The notes below the pieces were generated by a model. It had not been told where the DNA came from and did not search any database. It saw only the letters and a program-made list of their open reading frames with translations. The position numbers and the translations under genes are program-made. A DNA stretch of 64,000 nt from an uncultured Acidobacteriota bacterium (GTDB taxonomy: Bacteria; Acidobacteriota; Polarisedimenticolia; J045), in contig CAVPCQ010000016.1 of NCBI GenBank assembly GCA_963702425.1, forward strand, positions 1-64,000, in the 5' to 3' direction. This document shows, piece by piece, positions 61,427 through 64,000 of the stretch; position 1 is the first letter of the stretch, and every line of letters starts with the position of its first letter.

Positions 61427-61909
61427 ATGGGGCCGGGCGCGAAGGGATCCGACAGCGAAAGTGAGAAGAACCTCGCCGTCAACCGGCAGGCGCGATTCGA
61501 CTATTCGATCGAGGAAACCTACGAGGGAGGCCTCGTCCTGGTCGGCACCGAGGTCAAGTCGGCCCGCGGAGGAAAGGTCCAGATCAAGGACGCCTACGCG
61601 CGCTTCAAGAACGGCGAGCTGTGGCTGATCGGGCTGCACATCGCGCCCTACACCCACGCCTCGTTCGAGAACCACGAGCCGGAGCGGCCGCGCAAGGTCC
61701 TGCTCTCGCGGCACGAGCTGAAGCGCCTGACCGGGAAGATCGAGCGCGCCGGTTACACGCTGGTTCCGCTGCGGGTCTACCTCAAGGGGGCTTGGATCAA
61801 GGTCGAGCTGGCGCTGGGCAAGGGCCGGCTGCGCCACGAGAAGAAGGAGGTCCTCAAGAAGAAGATCCACGAGCGGGAGATGCGCGACGCGGTCCGGAGG
61901 CGCGGCTGA
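61427..61909 (+). CDS. smpB: SsrA-binding protein
   Basis: Motifs NRQARFDY, GLVLVGTEVKS, HIAPY, RPRKVLL, TLVPL and KVELALGKG. Confidence 0.96.
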   Translation: MGPGAKGSDSESEKNLAVNRQARFDYSIEETYEGGLVLVGTEVKSARGGKVQIKDAYARFKNGELWLIGLHIAPYTHASFENHEPERPRKVLLSRHELKRLTGKIERAGYTLVPLRVYLKGAWIKVELALGKGRLRHEKKEVLKKKIHEREMRDAVRRRG

Positions 61910-62576
61910 GCGCCGGTTCCGGGGCCCCGTCTTCGGCTGCGGCACCCAATGGCACCCGCAGACGCCCGCCGCCCGGCCCGCGCTCGGCGGCGAAGATCAG
62001 CGCAGCCGCCGCGGGGGGTACGACCACCGCGACCGGCGCCTCCCCCGCGTCGTCGGCCTCTCCGGTGTAGACGGTCACCGGCGTCACGCCGCGCCCGACC
62101 ACTCGGGCCCAGATTCGGGCTCCGGCGGCCGGTGCTCCGTCGGCAGCGCGGCGGACCGCGAGCCGGCCGGCCAGTCCGCGGCTCCCGGCTGCGCTGGCGA
62201 AGGTCAACTCGAGCGTCTCAATCTCGTCGTCGGTCGCGAGCAGGGCCGCGAGGTGGTCGGCGAGAGGCCCCTGCTCGGCGGCCGGCGCCGCCCCGGCCGT
62301 CGGGAGACCGCTGGCGCCGCGGGCCGCGTCCCCGAACTCGCCGTGGCGGGCCCGCCGCACGAGGTTGCGGTGCTGGTGGTCCAGCAGTCCCGCCACCTCC
62401 GCCTCACCGGCTCCCCGGAGCACGAGGTCGTCGTAGGGGGTCCGTTCCTGGTGGAGGATCTGGCCGCCACAGTAGACGAGGCTCTCCAGGACCGGGTTGG
62501 CGCGGCCGCGGTCCTCGCTCTGCACGTGGTAGGTCTGCCCCTCGAACCGGACGTCGGTGTTGTAACCCGTCAGCAA
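61854..62576 (-). CDS. Conserved hypothetical protein (MLTGYNTDV...YHVQSED family)
   Basis: TTG at 62576 follows a GGAGGAGG RBS and gives YHVQSEDRGRANPVLESLVYCGGQIL...QHR. The 3' end overlaps smpB by 56 bp. Confidence 0.65.
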   Translation of the reverse strand: MLTGYNTDVRFEGQTYHVQSEDRGRANPVLESLVYCGGQILHQERTPYDDLVLRGAGEAEVAGLLDHQHRNLVRRARHGEFGDAARGASGLPTAGAAPAAEQGPLADHLAALLATDDEIETLELTFASAAGSRGLAGRLAVRRAADGAPAAGARIWARVVGRGVTPVTVYTGEADDAGEAPVAVVVPPAAAALIFAAERGPGGGRLRVPLGAAAEDGAPEPALSRASGPRRASPARGSSS

Positions 62577-62748
62577 GCGGGAGCCTCCTCCGTCGAATAT
62601 GTCCGTCCGCGATTTCCTGTCCATTCTCCGTGGACAGGGGGGGCCTCGGCCCCGATAATCGCGGCCGTCTGCGCGGACCACAAGGGTTTTCCCCCCGGAA
62701 CCGACAGCGAGACCGGGCCGGTACGCCGGCTCTGGGAGGGTTGGCCAG

Positions 62749-64000
62749 ATGGCGATCCGACTGCCCGTCGAGGAAGCCCTCGACATCTACGACATCCACC
62801 TCTGGGGCGCGGGCTTCTTCGGGATCTCGCCGGAAGGCGACCTGACCGTCCGGCCGACCCGCAACCCGCGCCTCGAGCTCTCCCTCCCGCGCGTGGTCGC
62901 CGACCTGCGGCGGCAGGGGCACAGCACGCCGCTGCTGTTCCGGTTCCCGCAGATCCTGCACACCTCGGTCGATGAGATGGTCAAGGCCTTCCGCGCCGCG
63001 ATGGACGAGTTCGGCTTCCACGGCGGCGATTACAGCCCGACCTTCCCGATGAAGGTGAACCAGAACCGCTGGGTGGTCGAGGCACTCCTGGCGGCCGGCC
63101 GCCCGAGCCGGCTGGGGATCGAGGCCGGCTCGAAGCCCGAGCTGATGGCGGCGCTGGCGATGGACGTCGCGCCCGGCGCGCTGACGACGCTCAACGGCTA
63201 CAAGGACCCGGAGACGCTCGATCTCGCGATCATGGGCGCGCGGATGGGGCGGCGCGTCGTGATCGTGATCGAGAAGCCGTTCGAGGTCGAACTGCTGCTG
63301 CGCGCCTTCGAGAAGGCGGGCGACGGGCCGCTCCCGGAGGTCGGGCTGCGGGTCCGGATGTTCGCCCGCGGGGCCGGCAAGTGGCGCGAGTCGTCGGGCC
63401 TGACCGCCAAGTTCGGGCTGACGACAGGGGCGCTGCTCGAGGCAGTGGCGGCGTTCCGGGCGGCCGGCCGGCTCGATCGGCTGGCGATGGTCCACTTTCA
63501 CATCGGCTCGCAGATCCCCGACATCCGCCGGCTCAAGTCGGCCTTCCGCGAAGGGGCCCGGATCTACGCCAAGCTGCGGAAGATGGGCGTGCCGCTGTCG
63601 ATCCTCAACATGGGCGGCGGGCTGGCGATCGACTACGACGGCTCCAACACGGCCTCCGACGCGTCGCGCAACTACTCGATCGCCGAGTACGCCAACGACG
63701 CGGTCTACATCGTCAAGGAGGTCTGCCTCGAGGAGCGCGTCCCCTACCCGCTGATCACGACCGAGAGCGGACGGGCCCTGACGGCGTTCCACTCGATGCT
63801 CGTGACCGACGTCCTGGCCCGCATCACGCCCGACCTACGGACCGGCAACGGCGGCAAGGGAGCGACGCGTGAGCACGCCCGCGTGGTCCAGGAGCTGCGC
63901 TCGATGCTCGAGGACATGTCGGGGAAGAACTACCGCGAGTACTTCCACGACGCGACCGAGCAGCGCGACGAGATGGCCACCCTGTTCAACCACGGCCTCG
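62749..64000 (+). CDS. speA: Biosynthetic arginine decarboxylase, truncated by the window end
   Basis: Not in the ORF track because no stop is reached. Reads MAIRLPVEEALDIYDIHLWGAGFF, PLLFRFPQIL, FPMKVNQ (PLP Lys), EAGSKPEL, NGYKD, KFGL, HFHIGSQI, GGGLAIDYDGS and TESGRA. Confidence 0.95.
   Translation, partial: MAIRLPVEEALDIYDIHLWGAGFFGISPEGDLTVRPTRNPRLELSLPRVVADLRRQGHSTPLLFRFPQILHTSVDEMVKAFRAAMDEFGFHGGDYSPTFPMKVNQNRWVVEALLAAGRPSRLGIEAGSKPELMAALAMDVAPGALTTLNGYKDPETLDLAIMGARMGRRVVIVIEKPFEVELLLRAFEKAGDGPLPEVGLRVRMFARGAGKWRESSGLTAKFGLTTGALLEAVAAFRAAGRLDRLAMVHFHIGSQIPDIRRLKSAFREGARIYAKLRKMGVPLSILNMGGGLAIDYDGSNTASDASRNYSIAEYANDAVYIVKEVCLEERVPYPLITTESGRALTAFHSMLVTDVLARITPDLRTGNGGKGATREHARVVQELRSMLEDMSGKNYREYFHDATEQRDEMATLFNHGL

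Noticed and set aside
61359-62748. tmRNA (ssrA) next to smpB
   Set aside because: There is no intergenic space of suitable length, and I saw no GGGG...TCCACCA tRNA-like ends.

Overview
GC-rich bacterial chromosomal window, probably a diderm of the Acidobacteriota type (inference from LptD, LolA, TatBC, a TonB-dependent receptor, a DUF4388 protein and RicT/PSP1). It holds about 47 tightly packed CDSs. I saw no rRNA, tRNA, CRISPR array, prophage or transposase. Housekeeping genes: polA, tatBC, lptD, lolA, rfbD, a split nadE, selD, rsmI, smpB and a partial speA. Signalling genes: EAL, HD-GYP, GGDEF, two hybrid kinases and a sigma54 two-component pair. There is also a cluster of sulfatase-like, arylsulfotransferase and GT-C genes. 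Main observations: (1) a coupled operon of a farnesol-dehydrogenase-like SDR, a fused prenol kinase/DUF92 protein and a homogentisate-type UbiA prenyltransferase, which looks like a bacterial prenyl-alcohol salvage and prenylation pathway; (2) a GTAG-type REP palindrome inserted in frame in two unrelated proteins; (3) a selenocysteine-encoding selD with a SECIS-like hairpin; (4) a shared LRSL(G/P)Y helix in the sulfatase-like and ASST lipoproteins; (5) several leaderless-type -10 boxes. Several single-base frameshifts look like assembly errors. All family calls come from motif recognition by eye, not database searches.
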